Assembly (NCBI GenBank): GCA_964016885.1
Contig: OZ024753.1
Span: 14,880,001 to 14,944,000 of the forward strand
Direction: 5' to 3'
From: Eledone cirrhosa
Lineage: Eukaryota
DNA length: 64,000 nucleotides
Part shown: positions 14,233 to 28,244 of the stretch, piece by piece
Position numbering within the stretch: the stretch's first letter is position 1
How the letters are laid out: every line of letters begins with the position of its first letter
The notes under the pieces: generated by a model
Told to the model about the DNA's origin: nothing
Databases searched by the model: none
What the model saw: the letters and a program-made list of their open reading frames with translations, nothing else
Position numbers and translations under genes: made by a program

Positions 14233-14885
14233 ACATTACTCTATATTTACTATTATATTTTCATGGTAAAGGCTTTACCTTACATCGCTATCTCACATAA
14301 CATTTACATTACTCTATATTTACTATTATATTTTCATGGTAAAGGCTTTACCTTACATCGCTATCTCACATAACATTTACATTACTCTATATTTACTATT
14401 ATATTTTCATGGTAAAGGCTTTACCTTACATCGCTATCTCACATAACATTTACATTACTCTATATTTACTATTATATTTTCATGGTAAAGGCTTTACCTT
14501 ACATAATTATCTCACATAACATTCACATTACTCTATATTTACTATTATATTTTCATGGTAAAGGCTTTACCTTACATAATTATCTCACATAACATTTACA
14601 TTACTCTATATTTACTATTATATTTTCATGGTAAAGGCTTTACCTTACATAATTATCTCACATAACATTCACATTACTCTATATTTACTATTATATTTTC
14701 ATGGTAAAGGCTTTACCTTACATAATTATCTCACATAACATTTACATTACTCTATATTTACTATTGTATTTTCAGGGTAAAGGCTTTACCTCACATAATT
14801 ATCTCACATAACATTCACATTACTCTATATTTACTATTGTATTTTCAGGGTAAAGGCTTTACCTCACATCGTTATCTCACATAAT
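14233..14885 (+). repeat. 73-bp tandem array (9 copies) inside a piggyBac-like MITE
   Basis: acattactctatatttactattatattttcatggtaaaggctttacc... at period 73; single-copy in the other MITE copies. Confidence 0.92.
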
Positions 14886-15243
14886 ATTGAATCTATGAGG
14901 TTTTGATATTATTTATTTTGAGAACAATACTTTATTGTAGGTATGAGTGACCAGTTACAGCCGGTTTGAACTGAAAGAGATGAGAGAGTTTTGGCCCAAT
15001 ACAGCTGGCTTAAATACTACAGGGTTAAGAGCGGTGGATTATCAGAATCGGTAGAGCGTCGGACAACATGCTATATGACATAGAGCTACGGCCCCTTACA
15101 GTCTGAGTTCCAATCCCACCGAGGTTAGCTTTGCCTTTCACCCAGTAATGAACTGTAAAGTACCAGTAATGAACTGGGGCCGATTTAATCAACTTTCCCT
15201 CCCCTTTAAATTGCTGGCCTTGTGCCTAAAGTAGAAATAATAA

Positions 15244-15305
<62 letters not shown>

Positions 15306-15608
15306 CGTGTGTGTGTGTATATACATATGTATGTTTATATATCATTTCATTTTACGTCCGCTTTTTCCCTGCTTGCAAGGGTGGGACGGGAACTGATTCT
15401 GGCTTGATTTCTACAGCTGGATGCCCTTCCTAACACCAACCCCATTTACAGTGAGTGCTGGGTGCTTTTTTTTGCCGTGGCTCCTCCACGACCACTTTGC
15501 AGTGGAATGATAGGGACCCCTGTCCCTATCATCTCATTTCTACAGCTGAGTAAACTGGAATAAAGTGTCTTGCTCAAGGAAACAACACATCACCTGGTCT
15601 GAGAATTG

Positions 15609-16243
15609 TATATATATGGCCACGTGATGCGCATGAAAGACGACAGCTGTATAAAAAAGCGCAGGGCGATCAAAATTGATGGTAGTTACGGAGTAGGTAG
15701 ACCCAGAAAAACCTGGGACGATCTGATAAATTCCGACCTTACACACTTGCACCTCTCTAAGACAATGTCACTGGACCGAGATCTTTGGCGCTACGCAGTA
15801 ATACAGAAGACCTGCCTTGCCTATGTACAAAGCGAAACCTACAGTCAGTAGGCCCCTATTAACCAAATATACACCCCAATCCACTACCCCTACCTTATCC
15901 TCCCACACCCACCAACACCACCCCCTCTCTATAAAGTTGGTAGTACAACATCCAGTCCAAATAAATGAGATAAATGAGATCGAGATCGTGTAGGTGTCAC
16001 GACAAAAAACACACACAGTCCACGCTGTAATGTGGCCATGTAGGTAGCACGGTAAAAAGTTCCCAGTTCCACACTGTAAATGTGGTTGGTGTTAGGAAGG
16101 GTATCCAGCCGTAGAAAACCTGCCAGATAGTCCTATATGAGCGAGACACGGTCACCTGACCAACCTTGCCTCAAGTGGAACAACTCCCGTCTAACCGATG
16201 CTAGCGTGGAAAGTGGACGTTAAACGAGGATGATGATGATGAT
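15609..16243 (+). mobile_element. Composite RTE-derived retroelement: RTE ORF end + SINE-like 3' domain + RTE-type tail
   Basis: YGHVMRMKDDSCIKK...GRPRKTWDDLINSDL...DRDLWRYAV, then a conserved ~400-bp UTR ending ...ggaagggtatccagccgtagaaaa...gctagcgtggaaagtggacgttaaacg(gat)n. Copies at 26445-26875(-), 44523-45025(+), 49750-50220(-), 58652-59062(+); shorter copies at 23221-23450, 29132-29280, 48825-48985, 57625-57830, 61735-61920. Confidence 0.8.
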
Positions 16244-16423
16244 ATATATATGTGTAAATGTATATATATATATATATGTATAACCAAAGATTAATATGGT
16301 TCAGTGATTACTCAATGAATATAGTTTTACAATAGATTAAAAGCATTCTACAGTGAAGTTTTCTGGAGTTATTAATATTATTCAAAATATTAATAAATGA
16401 AGACATTCACATAATCAAAATAT

Positions 16424-16492
16424 ATGTTTTATTATATATATTTCAAAGGTACTGTGCGGATTTTTCAGTATGTCCTCGTCAGATAAAATACA
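16424..16492 (-). ncRNA. Minimal type I hammerhead ribozyme motif (UAUAUA stem III family)
   Basis: Minus strand: GUAUUUUAU-CUGACGA-GGACAUACUG...CAGUACCUUU-GAAA-UAUAUA-UA|AUAAAACAU. Lies in element 16280-16540 between (TA)n and (TA)/(GA)n. Confidence 0.7.
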
Positions 16493-16540
16493 CAAATTGA
16501 TGTATGACATACCTCAACTGTCTTGATGGTTCAATTCCAG

Positions 16541-16653
<113 letters not shown>

Positions 16654-19600
16654 TGTGTGTGTGAAAGAAAGAGAAATGGAATATTAGATGAAACTGGGTT
16701 GATAATGGTGGGTGGTACGGGGTAGGTGGGGTGTACCAATTCATATTTCATTCGAGATAATACTTCCATATAAAATATCTGCCCCCTGGGAATATTTTCA
16801 TGTTGTAAAGTAAAATCAATTGGACACTTCCACATGATTCACAATTATATTTTAACCCTTTAATGTTCAAACCAGCCAAAACCCGCCAGAATTCTCTACC
16901 TCTTTCTGTTGAAACTGGCTGTAACTGGTCACTCAAACTGTTGTTAAGGTATTGTTCTCAAAATAAATACTTTTAAAATCTCATAGATTCGATATTATGT
17001 GAGATAATTATAAGAGGTAAAGCCTTTACCATGAAAATATAATAGTATATATAGAGTAATGTGAATGCTAAAGGGTTAATGTTCAAACTGGCCAGAATTC
17101 TCTACCTCTTTCTGTTGAAACTGGCTGTAACTGGTCGCTCAAACTGATGTTAAGGTATTGTTCTCAAAATAAATACTTTCAAAATCTCATAGATTCAATA
17201 TTATGTGAAATAATTATATGAGGTAAAGCCTTTACCATGAAAATATAATAGTATATATAGAGTAATGTGAATGCTAAAGGGTTAATGGGGACACATGCAT
17301 GGCTAAATGGAGAAGTTCACTTCACAATCAAGAGGTTCTAGATTCTATCCCTCTCCATGGAAACCTTTCCAAGTGTCTCTAATATAACCTCCGACCCCCA
17401 AAATACGTGAACCCACATTTGCTCATAATAATTGTTTTAACATATGGTACAAGGCCAGCAATTTGAAGGGAAGGGGAAAGTCGACTAAATCAACCCCAAT
17501 GCATTACTGGTACTTTATTTTATCGACCCCATAAGGATGAAAGGGAAAGCACAAGTGGTGTTAGGAAGAGCATTCAGCTGTAGAAATCAAGCTAGAATCA
17601 GTTCCCATATGAGCATGACAAGGTCACCTGACATGGCATTGCCCACAACAGGACAACCCATCTAACTCATGCTAGCGTGGAAGAACGAACGTAAAACAGT
17701 GATGATGATGATGATGATAATGTTATGATATTAATGTTATAACATACAGTGATATATCATATCAATCTAGATAGGAAATCTATATATAAATTTGAGCGAC
17801 TTCCATTCATCACACAATGTGTGTTTGTATGAATGTATGTGTGTGTAAAAGGAAGGAAGGGGATGGGGAAAAAACTATAGCAAAACAGCAGCTGGTGTTC
17901 CATTTGCTACACTGTTTATGAGTGTATGTGTATGTGGGTGTTTGTGTAAATGTATCTGTGTGAGTGTTTGAGTGAAAGCATGTGTATGAATGTATGTCTG
18001 TGAGTGTGTATTTTTGTAAGTGTGTCTATGTTTGCACATTTATATTTATATATTCATACATATAAATGTATGCATATGCACATACACACATGCACACACA
18101 TATACACATATGCATCAGCATGTTGAAAAAAATCCTAGCACTAAATATTACAATTTATGATAATGTTGTGACATACACAATGATGTGACAGACACAATGA
18201 TATAACATATCTATTTAATATGACATACATGTTATCTTAACTATAATAAAGAAAGGAGCGCGGGACTGCATCCAGAATATAATTTTTTATTCCCTTAGTA
18301 AAATAAGTTGGATTACTTTGAGTAAATAATGAATGAATATTACATAATTTATCTACTAAATTTCGTAGATTTTGATTAAATATATTTTATTGCTTATTTA
18401 AAGATTCACTTCTCTAAAATTTTCAAATGTCAACACTTCTGGTTAGCGATCGCTTAAATAAACATTCATATATTTCTGTCACTAATTTTCTCCTAATGCA
18501 GTTTATATACAATATCGTCTTTTTGAATGTATCATGGATTACTTTACTGATTACATAAGACAGTGTAACACAGTCTTCGTTCAATTTCTGTGGATATTGT
18601 CAATTACGGTTTTATTTGATGTATCATATCTACATGTATATATATACTAGCGTATAATATCAATATACACACCACACATGGTAGCAGAAAACCACCTCCC
18701 CAAAATTGGAATATGACATATGACTAATATGGCATATTAAGTCACATGATATCCTCAATAATATTAAAAATAAATCTGAAGGACTCAGATATCTGAAGGA
18801 CTTATTGCTGTGTAGAGGCCTGTGGTCTAGTGGTAAGGGTGTTAGATGTACGATCATAATGTCATGGGTTTGATTCCTGGACTGAGTCATGTGATGTGTT
18901 CTTGAGCAAAACACTTCATTTCATGTTGCTCCAGTCTAGTCAGCTGAAAATGAGTACCAGCAGTAGCAGGGGTTTAACCCTGCAATGGACTGGCATCCTG
19001 TCCAGGAGGGAGTCTTGTACTCTCAGTAAATGCCACAGAAACCAAGATAGATACTAACCTGATGAGAATCAGGATTTGAGACAGACTTTAAACATTTGAC
19101 TGTCTTGTTTTAGCTCCAGTCTACTCAAGAGGCAAAACTATGTTGTACCTGTAATTCAATGTGTCAGCTTTGTCATACACTGTGTTATGCTGCATCTCCC
19201 TGAGAAATGCATTAGAGGTGCATGTGACTGAATAATGTACAATCATTCTTCATGTCCTGTCCATGGCGGAGTCTTATACTCTCAGTCACTCAATGCCATG
19301 GAAACTGGGATAAGTACGGGCTTGATGAGCTTCCTAGCTTGAGACAGAGTTTAACCCTCTGATGGACTGGTGTCTTGTCCAGGGGGAAGTATTGTACTGT
19401 CAGTCAATGCCACAGAAACCAGGCACCAACTTGATGAGCCTCTAGGCTTCAGACAGACTTTATTGATATGAGGAACTATGATGAAAAGCAGTAGAAAACC
19501 ACAATGCAGAAGATTGTTTTTCCTCCTGAAAGCTGTAACTCATTTTCACTCATGTATCAGTATCAATAACTGGAACTTAGTCATGGAAATGGGTTTTAAA

Positions 19601-22520
19601 ATTTAAGAATACACTAAGGTCTGTGAGATTGAGGTTGATAAGGAATGGGGTTAGATGTTATCAAAAATCTGAGTAGTAAGGGGAATGCAATGTACATATG
19701 TATGTCCCTATTTCTATTACTGATCATAGCAGCTTTCTCACTTCAAATATGGTGATTTAGATTCCTTATTTATTAATAAGTAGGTATATCTCTTAGTCAG
19801 ATAGTTCATAAATGAAAGGTGATACTTATCGTAAATTGAAAGATTTTTAAAAAAATGTACTCTTATGCTATCTCTACAGAAATAGCTGAAATTGTTATGT
19901 TATAATATCACAAGGTTTAACTTATTTCATTAGAATGCTCTAATTAAAAAAAAGAAACCCCAAAAAAGGAAATTGAGCTGATTTGAAACAGAATATATGA
20001 ATACGTATTCTCATATAATTTTCCTTATTTTTAACGTGATGACAAGAAAATCTGTTCAGAGAAATGGTGATAAAATAAGCAATTACAACTTAATCCAAGT
20101 AACTTAGAAATCAGGAAAACTAGGCAATCAGTTCTTGAGAAAGATGTAGAAAAATATTCCGCATTTTATTAGAAACCTGTATTTGAATTCTTTGACAATT
20201 CTAGCAAATTTAAGGAGGAAAACAAAAGAAAAATATATTTTTATCTTGCAATATTATATAATAATTGAAACGGGAATAAAGTTGTAATAATTTATATGGC
20301 TTCAATTGTATGTCTTGGCTTTCTGTATTCCTGTGTAAAGCTCTTCAGCAGAACATACTCAAGTGTTCAGTGAAAGTGTAAAGAGATATTACATTTCCAG
20401 TGAATTTTTCAGGAATCTTTATTTTTCATTATATCCTTGCCAGTGACAATTTCAAGAAATTGGATTCCAAACAATTTGTCTTCTACTTTACTGGGTGGAA
20501 TGGCAAAAAGTACAATAGGAAGCTACTACCCAGATATATAAATATTACATGTATAGTGATCTACAGCAAAACTTTGTTGAACGAAAGAAAATTCTATTAT
20601 TAGAGTGAGTAAAATTACTTAGAAAATTTCACTCATGAACTCATTAGCAGAATTACGAAATCTTTAGAAGTTCTGTAATAATACTCTACCTTGGGTATCA
20701 TAATAACTAAAACCATTCCATCAATATATACTATTATGTTGCTTACTGTAACCTTGAAAAACATTGCTTAGAAGAAGGCAGTAGAGTTTATATCAAGTAT
20801 TGTGATATGTGTGGTAAAGCTGATACAATGTAAATTAGAAATACAGAAGTGAAAACTAGGATAAAGTAACCTGAGACAAACAAAACAACAGTTTACACTT
20901 TTACCATATATTTCATGATATTTCAAGGTTAGGATCCCCTTTTCAAAAGAAAAGAAAATGTTGGATTGGAGAGGTGGTGACATGCACAGAATATATCCAA
21001 GAGAAAAAAAAGGAGTGTTATGTAAATTATAACACATTTACAAATTATAACACATATACGTGAACGGCAAAGCATAAACGAATTGAGAGAGAGACTGAGC
21101 ATAAGAGGAGTCAAATGCTAAGCCAGCAACATGTACAACAACAAGAACCACAACTAGAGCAACCTCCCAAAACAAGAAGCCCAAACAACAACAACAGCTA
21201 TATATACAACAACACCAATAAGAACCACAGGTACAACAAACAAAAACAGTTACATGGGCTACAACACCAACAACAACTACAACACCCCAACAACCAGAAG
21301 CCCAAACAACAACAACTTTACATTCAGATTTCTTTTGTTTACTTCAAGGTGAAAATTAGAAATCTTTGTCCCAATTTAAGATGAAATTTATAATGGTGGA
21401 GGAAATATTGTTGAAAATTAAGCTAAAATTTCCTGGAGGCACCATTTTTATATCTAATTATTACATAATTCCAATTAAAGAACACGCAATTAAATGGCAT
21501 TAATTGGAAGCAACATAATAGTTGAGAAAGCGGTCACTAGTAAAATATTTCAACATGGCCATCTTGACCTTTTTTGTCTACAGTACTTACTTATATTATT
21601 AATTGTATCCTGAAGGATTAAAGGATTTCATTACGGCCCTTGCCATTCTGAGTTCAAATCCCGCCAAGGTTAACTTTGCCTTTCATCCTTACGGGGTCGA
21701 TAAAATAAAGTACCAGTAATGCACTGGTTAATTGCTGGCCTTGTGCCTAACGTAGAAACAATTATTATTATTCACACTGATGCATATGTACATATATATA
21801 TCATCATCATCATCATCACCCTCTTAAATCCATTCTTCCACGCTAGCATGGGTTAGACGGGTTGTCCTGTTGTGCACAATACTGAATCAGGTGACCATGT
21901 CTTGCTCATCCAGAACTGATTCTGGCTTGATTTCTACAGCTGGATGCCCTTCCTAATACTAACCTCATTTACATATATATACATATACAAATATATATAT
22001 ATATATATACACAGAAATACATATACATACATATACGAATATATATACATACATATACATATATGAATATATATACATACATATACACACACCCACACAA
22101 CAGGTTTCCTCTCACTTTCCATCCACCAATTTTCTCTCTGGAAACATTGGTAAGTCATAGGCTATGATAGAAGTCACTCAAACTACAGCACAGGGGAACT
22201 AAACCCTAAATCACATGGTAAGGAAGGGAACACCTGTACAGCAATCACTGGACTGATGCAGGTGAAAAAATACAATAAAAAAAACCTTGTCTTTCTGTCT
22301 CACCTTAACTTCTCCCCTTCCCTCACCTATCTACCTACCTGTCTCACCTCACCATCTCCCCTTCCCTCCCCCCATCTACCTGTTTGTCTCACCTGTCTGT
22401 CTAACCTGTCTCTCACCATCTCCCCTCCTCACATACCTACTTATTTCATCATCATATTTTCTAGTAATTTGCCTATATGATTTGGAGATTGCTTTTCTTT
22501 CTAATTTCATACTTGTAAGG

Positions 22521-22553
<33 letters not shown>

Positions 22554-22968
22554 AATCTGTCTACCAGTCTGTGTGACACTATTTACCTGCGGATGTGACT
22601 TCCTGTGTGTCTGTCTCTTTACCTGCTGATGTGACTATCTGTGACTCAGTCTGTAGGTCTGTATAACTGTCTTAATATATTACTGTCCGTCAGTATACCT
22701 TTTTAATCACTGGATGTCTATCTATCTATCTTACAATTTATTTATCAATCTATCTATTTCTCTACCTATCTGTCTACCCCTCTCACTCGCTCTTTTTATA
22801 TATATATATAAATAAATATACAGAAATATCCACGGTTAATTGTGGGGTATCGTCTGCATGAAGAACTCAATGTAATAATATGGCAAAACACCATTTGATT
22901 GGTTTGTTCTTCAGCTACTTCCAAATAAGGTCATAGAACTCAATTTACTATTGATTATGAATAAAATT

Positions 22969-23107
22969 TTCATTGCTTTTGACAACGGCTGATGATATAC
23001 ACGTAGGTAAATATATTTGATATTTTCTAACTAACCTTACATAGATCGATAACGAAATATGCGTACAATGTATTATTATCACCTAGAAACGATCGTAAAG
23101 CAGTGAA
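22969..23107 (+). ncRNA. Degenerate long-stem-II hammerhead (core decayed to UUGACAA)
   Basis: Stem I UUCAUUGCUU/AAGCAGUGAA and CCUA-GAAA-CGAUCG-UA; same family as 53963-54116. Confidence 0.5.
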
Positions 23108-23164
23108 GTATATTCCTAATGACTTGAATTTTTATTTCATTATTTTAACTTATATATAAATAAA

Positions 23165-23225
<61 letters not shown>

Positions 23226-23640
23226 TCCACGCTGTAATGTGGCCGTGTAGGCAACACGGTAAAAACCTCCCAGACCCACACTGTAAATGTGGTTGGTGTT
23301 AGGAAGGGCATCCAACTGTAGAAAACCTGCCAGACAGTCCTATGTGAGCAAGACAATTACTCTTGCCTCAAGTGGGACTACCCCCGTCCAAACCCATGCA
23401 AGCGTGGAACACGGACGTTAAACGTTGATGATGATGATGATGATGATGATATATATATATATATTTCAGGTAGATGCATTCCATCATCCACTTTTCTAAA
23501 AAATTATATCATACACAAAACGCCAGCATCAACAGTTTTCCAAGAGATGGCAACATGAATGGACCAGTTATTTTTCTCTAAAAACATATTTTCCAATTCC
23601 ATCCTGCCCGTCCTTTCAACCTTTCTAATTTCTTATTCTT

Positions 23641-23676
23641 TCTTCTGATAAAGGACTAGTGTCCGAAACGTTAAGA
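23641..23676 (+). ncRNA. Ultra-minimal hammerhead motif (core G8 mutated: CUGAUAA)
   Basis: UCUU-CUGAUAA-AGGAC UAGU GUCC-GAAA-CG-UU|AAGA; paralogue at 25458-25493. Confidence 0.55.
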
Positions 23677-24085
23677 CCCTCTTCCTGCTATTTCAAGCGT
23701 TAACCTAATATATTCATTCCATATACAGTACCGATTGTGTTGTTATTTCTGTTTACCTTTTTTTTACATACATACATACATTCATATGTTTAAGCACAGA
23801 ATCGCTGAATAATTTCAGAAGATCCCGTAAAAGGGTGAAAGCAGCGATTCCGTGCTTAAACTTTAATCTGTATTTATAATAAATATTTGCTCTATGGGTT
23901 TTTATATATAAATATAATCCTTATCGAGCCCTCTTTGGATTTTAGTCTTCCCATTTATTATTACTATAGATATATATTTATACATATATGTATGTATATA
24001 TAATATATACATATGTATGTATATACAATATATACATATGTATGTATATACAATATATACATATGTATGTATATACAATATATAC

Positions 24086-24151
<66 letters not shown>

Positions 24152-24556
24152 TTATATGAGTATATATATATATATATATATGAGTATATATATATATATA
24201 TATATGAGTATATATATATATATATATATACTCATACAAGATCATGTATGTTTTGAAAATGGTGAGAGGAATTTTATTAATCTATTTTATTAATCTATTT
24301 TATTAATCTATTTTATTCAAAGTTACGGCAAAATATTCTAATTCAATATATATAGAAAATTATAAGTTTGAAGAACAGGCAGATAAAATTTACCTAATTT
24401 TTCTCCTTAGTCCATAGAAATTAACTAGATAAATAATCAATTGAACGGAGCTAAGTTTAAAATGTAAGTTTGAAAAAATTATATATATATTACGCATTTC
24501 CGTAGAAAAAGTGAGGGAAAGAAGAGTGTTCTATGTGTAGTACAGAGCTATTTGAT

Positions 24557-24875
24557 TACATGGGTACAAGCTGAAGCATATAGACAATATGCCCCCACAC
24601 CCCCCACTGCAGGGTGGTCGTAGAGGTGCCACGGCAAAAAAGCAACCAGCCCAGACTGTAAAGTGGACATGTAGGCACCACAAAAAAGCACCCAGCACTC
24701 ACTGTAAATGAGGTTGGTGTTAGGAAGGGATTCCAGCTGTAGAAATCAAGCCAAATCAGTTCCTGTATGAGCAAGGCATGGCCAGCCGACCAGACACTGC
24801 CCACAACAGGATAACCCGTCTAACCCATGCTAGCGTGAAGAACGGACGTAAAACGGTGATGATGATGATGATGAA
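24557..24875 (+). mobile_element. SINE-like family C (shares the ggaagggcatccagc domain, RTE-type tail)
   Basis: Starts catgggtacaagctgaagcatatagacaatatgccc and ends cccatgctagcgtg.aagaacggacgtaaaacgg(tga)n. Copies at 1308-1660(-), 11935-12735(+), 43425-43745(-). Confidence 0.8.
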
Positions 24876-24946
24876 ACAACAGAAGATAATTATTCCATTA
24901 TGGAATAATTATATTGTGTGGTTTATTATGTAAATAAAAAAAAATA

Positions 24947-25375
24947 ATGGTAGTGAGACCTCGGCGTTGTGTGTAGAAGACTTGCGTAGATTAGAAAGAA
25001 ACGAAGCCTGCATGCTCCGATGGATGTGTAATAGTAATATATGCGAACGGCAAAGCATAAACGAATTGAGAGCGAGAGACTAAGCATAAGAGGAATCAAA
25101 TGCTACGTGCAGGAGAGGAGATTGCGTTGGTATGGACATGTGATGCATATGAAGGATGACAGCTGCATAAAAAAGGTGCAGAGCACTAGAAGTCGATAGA
25201 AACCTTGGAGTGGGGAGACCCAAGAAGACCTGGGATGAGGTGATAAAAGCCGACCTTACCCAATTACACCTCTCAAAGGCGATGACACAGGACTGAGACC
25301 TCTGGCATCACACAGTAATACAGAAGACCCAATTTCCCACGGGAAGAATGGACATGTGATGATGATGATGATGAT
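24947..25375 (+). mobile_element. RTE-clade LINE 3' fragment
   Basis: GSETSALCVEDLRRLERNEACMLRWMC...VQERRLRWYGHVMHMKDDSCIK...GRPKKTWDEVIKADL with frameshifts and a (GAT)n tail. A short piece is also at 21055-21120. Confidence 0.85.
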
Positions 25376-25457
25376 ACACACATGATTTTTTTTTCATTTT
25401 TTTCCATTCCTTCCTCCTCTCAATCTTTATCTTTCTATTATCTTCTATTTCTAACTA

Positions 25458-25493
25458 TCTTCTGATGAAGGACTAGTGTCTGAAACGTTAAAA
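25458..25493 (+). ncRNA. Ultra-minimal hammerhead motif (PLE-type CUGAUGAAGG...GAAACGUU)
   Basis: UCUU-CUGAUGA-AGGAC UAGU GUCU-GAAA-CG-UU|AAAA. Shares the downstream flank (cctgctatttcaagc.ttaa.ctaata) with 23641. Confidence 0.65.
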
Positions 25494-25659
25494 CTCTTTT
25501 CCTGCTATTTCAAGCATTAAACTAATACATTTCTTCAATGTACTGTGTTGTTTGGTTTGCTACTTCTGTTTACTTTTTACAAACATATACTCACACACAC
25601 ACACACACACACATGCACACACACAGACACACGCACAAACACAAAAGTATTAACACAGT

Positions 25660-25693
<34 letters not shown>

Positions 25694-27174
25694 CAAGAGT
25701 ATTAAAACATACTCACACACACACACACACACAAACACATGCACACACACAAACAAACACACACACAAGAGAATTAAAATGTTGGTGTATTTATGGATTA
25801 GCAACAGCTTTGAGATGTAGAACATATCTGCTAAGACAGATAGTAAACTCTTGAAACCTCTGGTAATGCAGAAGTAAGTCGAACGTGCGTGTGATTATAT
25901 ACATATATATCATCATCATCATCACCATTTTTATGTCCGCTTTTCCCTGCTTACAAGGGTGGGACGGGAACTGATTCTGGCTTGATTTCTACAGCTGGAT
26001 GCCCTTTCTAATACCAACCTCATTTACAGTGAGTACTGGGTGCTTTTTAGCCGTGGCACCTCCACGACCACTTTACTGTGAGTGGTGGGTGCTTTTTTGC
26101 CATGGCACCTCCCCGACCACTTTACAGTGGAATGATAGGGACCCCAGTCCCTACCATCTCATTTCTACAGCCTAGTAAACTGGAGCAATGTGAAATAAAG
26201 TACCTTGCTCAAGGAAACAACACATCACACGGTCTGAGAATTGAACTCACAACCTTTTGATTGCAAGGCCAATGCTCTAACCACTAAGTCATGTGCCTGA
26301 TTATATACATATATATCATTATCATTTAATGCCACGTTTTCACTGCTAGCCAGGGGGGTGGGAGAATTAGGACTCTCTCTCTCTCTCTACACACACACAC
26401 ACGTAAACACCTACACACATACACACACACATATATATATATATCATCATCATCATTTAACGTCCATCTTCCACGCTAGCATGGGTCTGGATGGGAATTT
26501 TCCCACTTGAGGCAAGATTGGTTGTCTCGCTCGTATAGGACTGTCTGGCGGGTTTTCTACGGCTGGATGCCCCTGCTAACACCAACCACGTTTACAGTGT
26601 GGACTAGGAGGTTTTTACCGTGTTACCTACATGACCACATTACAGCATGGACTGTGTGTTTTTTTGTTGTGACACCTACACAAACTCATTTATTTAGGAC
26701 TGGGTGTTGTGGTACCAACATAACTTTACATCGAAAGGGGTGGTGTAGAAGGGGTAGTGGGACGGGGGTGTATTTTGGTGAAGAGCTGCCTACTGACTGT
26801 AGGTTTTGCTTTGTACTTAGGCAAGGCGGCTCTTCTGTATTACTACGTAGCGCCAAAGATCTCGGTCCAGTGACATATATATATATATATTATACTTGGG
26901 GAGGGTCATATTGTTGTAATAATATTGCCAGAAATATTGCTTGGTTTTCGCTTCCGTATCTTTTATATCGCCATAGTTAATTTATTTGGCAATCAATTGA
27001 CAGATATATATATATATATTGTTATACTTGGGGAGGGTCATATTGTTATAATATTACCAGAAATAATAACAGAACACACTCACTGTTTGGTTGGTTTTCG
27101 CTTCTGTATCTTTTATATCTCCACAGTTAATTCATTTGGTCCTCAATGTTTATCATTGATTGACCAACGGTTAA

Positions 27175-27211
<37 letters not shown>

Positions 27212-27786
27212 AACAAAGTACTTTCGCTGCACATCTGCAACATCATCAGTGGTACTAGTATGTTTCCTCATGTTGTATTGTAATGTCTACACCATTTTTA
27301 TTTTATTTATTTATTTATTCTTGTCTCCGTCTCTGTGCATGCGTTTGCGTGTCTGTATAATGTTTGGTGCGTGTGTTTGCGTTTGAGTGCATCAGTTTTT
27401 GTTTTCGTATTCTATCTTTGTTCACTAGTGTGTGTTTATATGTGTTTGTTGTTATTGTACTTGTGTATATATTTATTTATCTATTTATATTTCCATTAAG
27501 TCAGTGTTTTTAAGTATATCAAATCTATCTATTTTAGACATACTTTCATACTGTCATACTTTCCATCTTACATCCCCTTCTCTCTTTCCCACCAGCCATT
27601 ATGTCATTCTTGTCATTTCCTGCATCAGTTGGTGTTTAAATCCATGAACATCTCACACTGTCTGTCTATCTAACCTATCTATCTTCTCTCTCCTCTATCT
27701 TAAACCAACACCATTACTCAGTCAAAACGACACTATTGTCTCTCTCTTTCTCTGTTTATCTCTGTGTGGTTGAAACTAGATCTATC

Positions 27787-27826
<40 letters not shown>

Positions 27827-27856
27827 TATTAATAAAATAGATGTGCTTTTGATCAA

Positions 27857-27917
27857 TTACATTTTATTATACATATTTCGGATGTACAACTGTACGTCCT
27901 CATCAGACAAAATATAA
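27857..27917 (-). ncRNA. Minimal type I hammerhead ribozyme motif (left arm of fold-back element)
   Basis: Minus strand: UUAUAUUUUGU-CUGAUGA-GGACGUAC AGUU GUACAUCC-GAAA-UAUGUA-UA|AUAAAAUGUAA; 11-bp stem I. Confidence 0.85.
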
Positions 27918-28029
27918 TGATACATGACATACCCTGAGGTGTTAAATGGTTAAGATTTAATCAAGGTAGTCTTGATTAAATCTTGATTAAATCTTGACTA
28001 TTTAACATCTCAGGGTATGTCATGTATCA

Positions 28030-28090
28030 TTATATTTTGTCTGATGAGGATGTACTGTTGTACCTCCGAAATATGTATAATAAAATGTAA
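28030..28090 (+). ncRNA. Minimal type I hammerhead ribozyme motif (right arm of fold-back element)
   Basis: UUAUAUUUUGU-CUGAUGA-GGAUGUAC UGUU GUACCUCC-GAAA-UAUGUA-UA|AUAAAAUGUAA; predicted cleavage after 28079. Confidence 0.85.
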
Positions 28091-28244
28091 TTGATCAAAA
28101 GAACATCTATTTTATTAATACTTATATTAATAACTCCTGAAAATTATTTACAGTTGAGTGCTTCCAATCTACTGTAAAACTCATTCTTCGACATAATCAT
28201 CGAATATTGTTTAACAACTTATATATATATATATATATATATAT

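Larger units (their letters stand above)
27822..28220. mobile_element. Fold-back Penelope-like pseudo-LTR derivative inserted in (TA)n
   Basis: ~145-bp inverted arms (about 27822-27967 and 27972-28126), each with a hammerhead, plus a ~95-bp single-copy tail; (TA)n on both sides. Confidence 0.7.

Noticed and set aside
11988-14885. CRISPR-like appearance of the regular arrays
   Set aside because: These are head-to-tail repeats with no unique spacers and no cas genes; the units derive from eukaryotic SINEs and a MITE.
23462-23640. Possible GIY-YIG C-terminal remnant upstream of the 23641 hammerhead
   Set aside because: The position fits a Penelope-like element, but I cannot recognise a convincing motif by eye; it needs a tBLASTx or HMM search.
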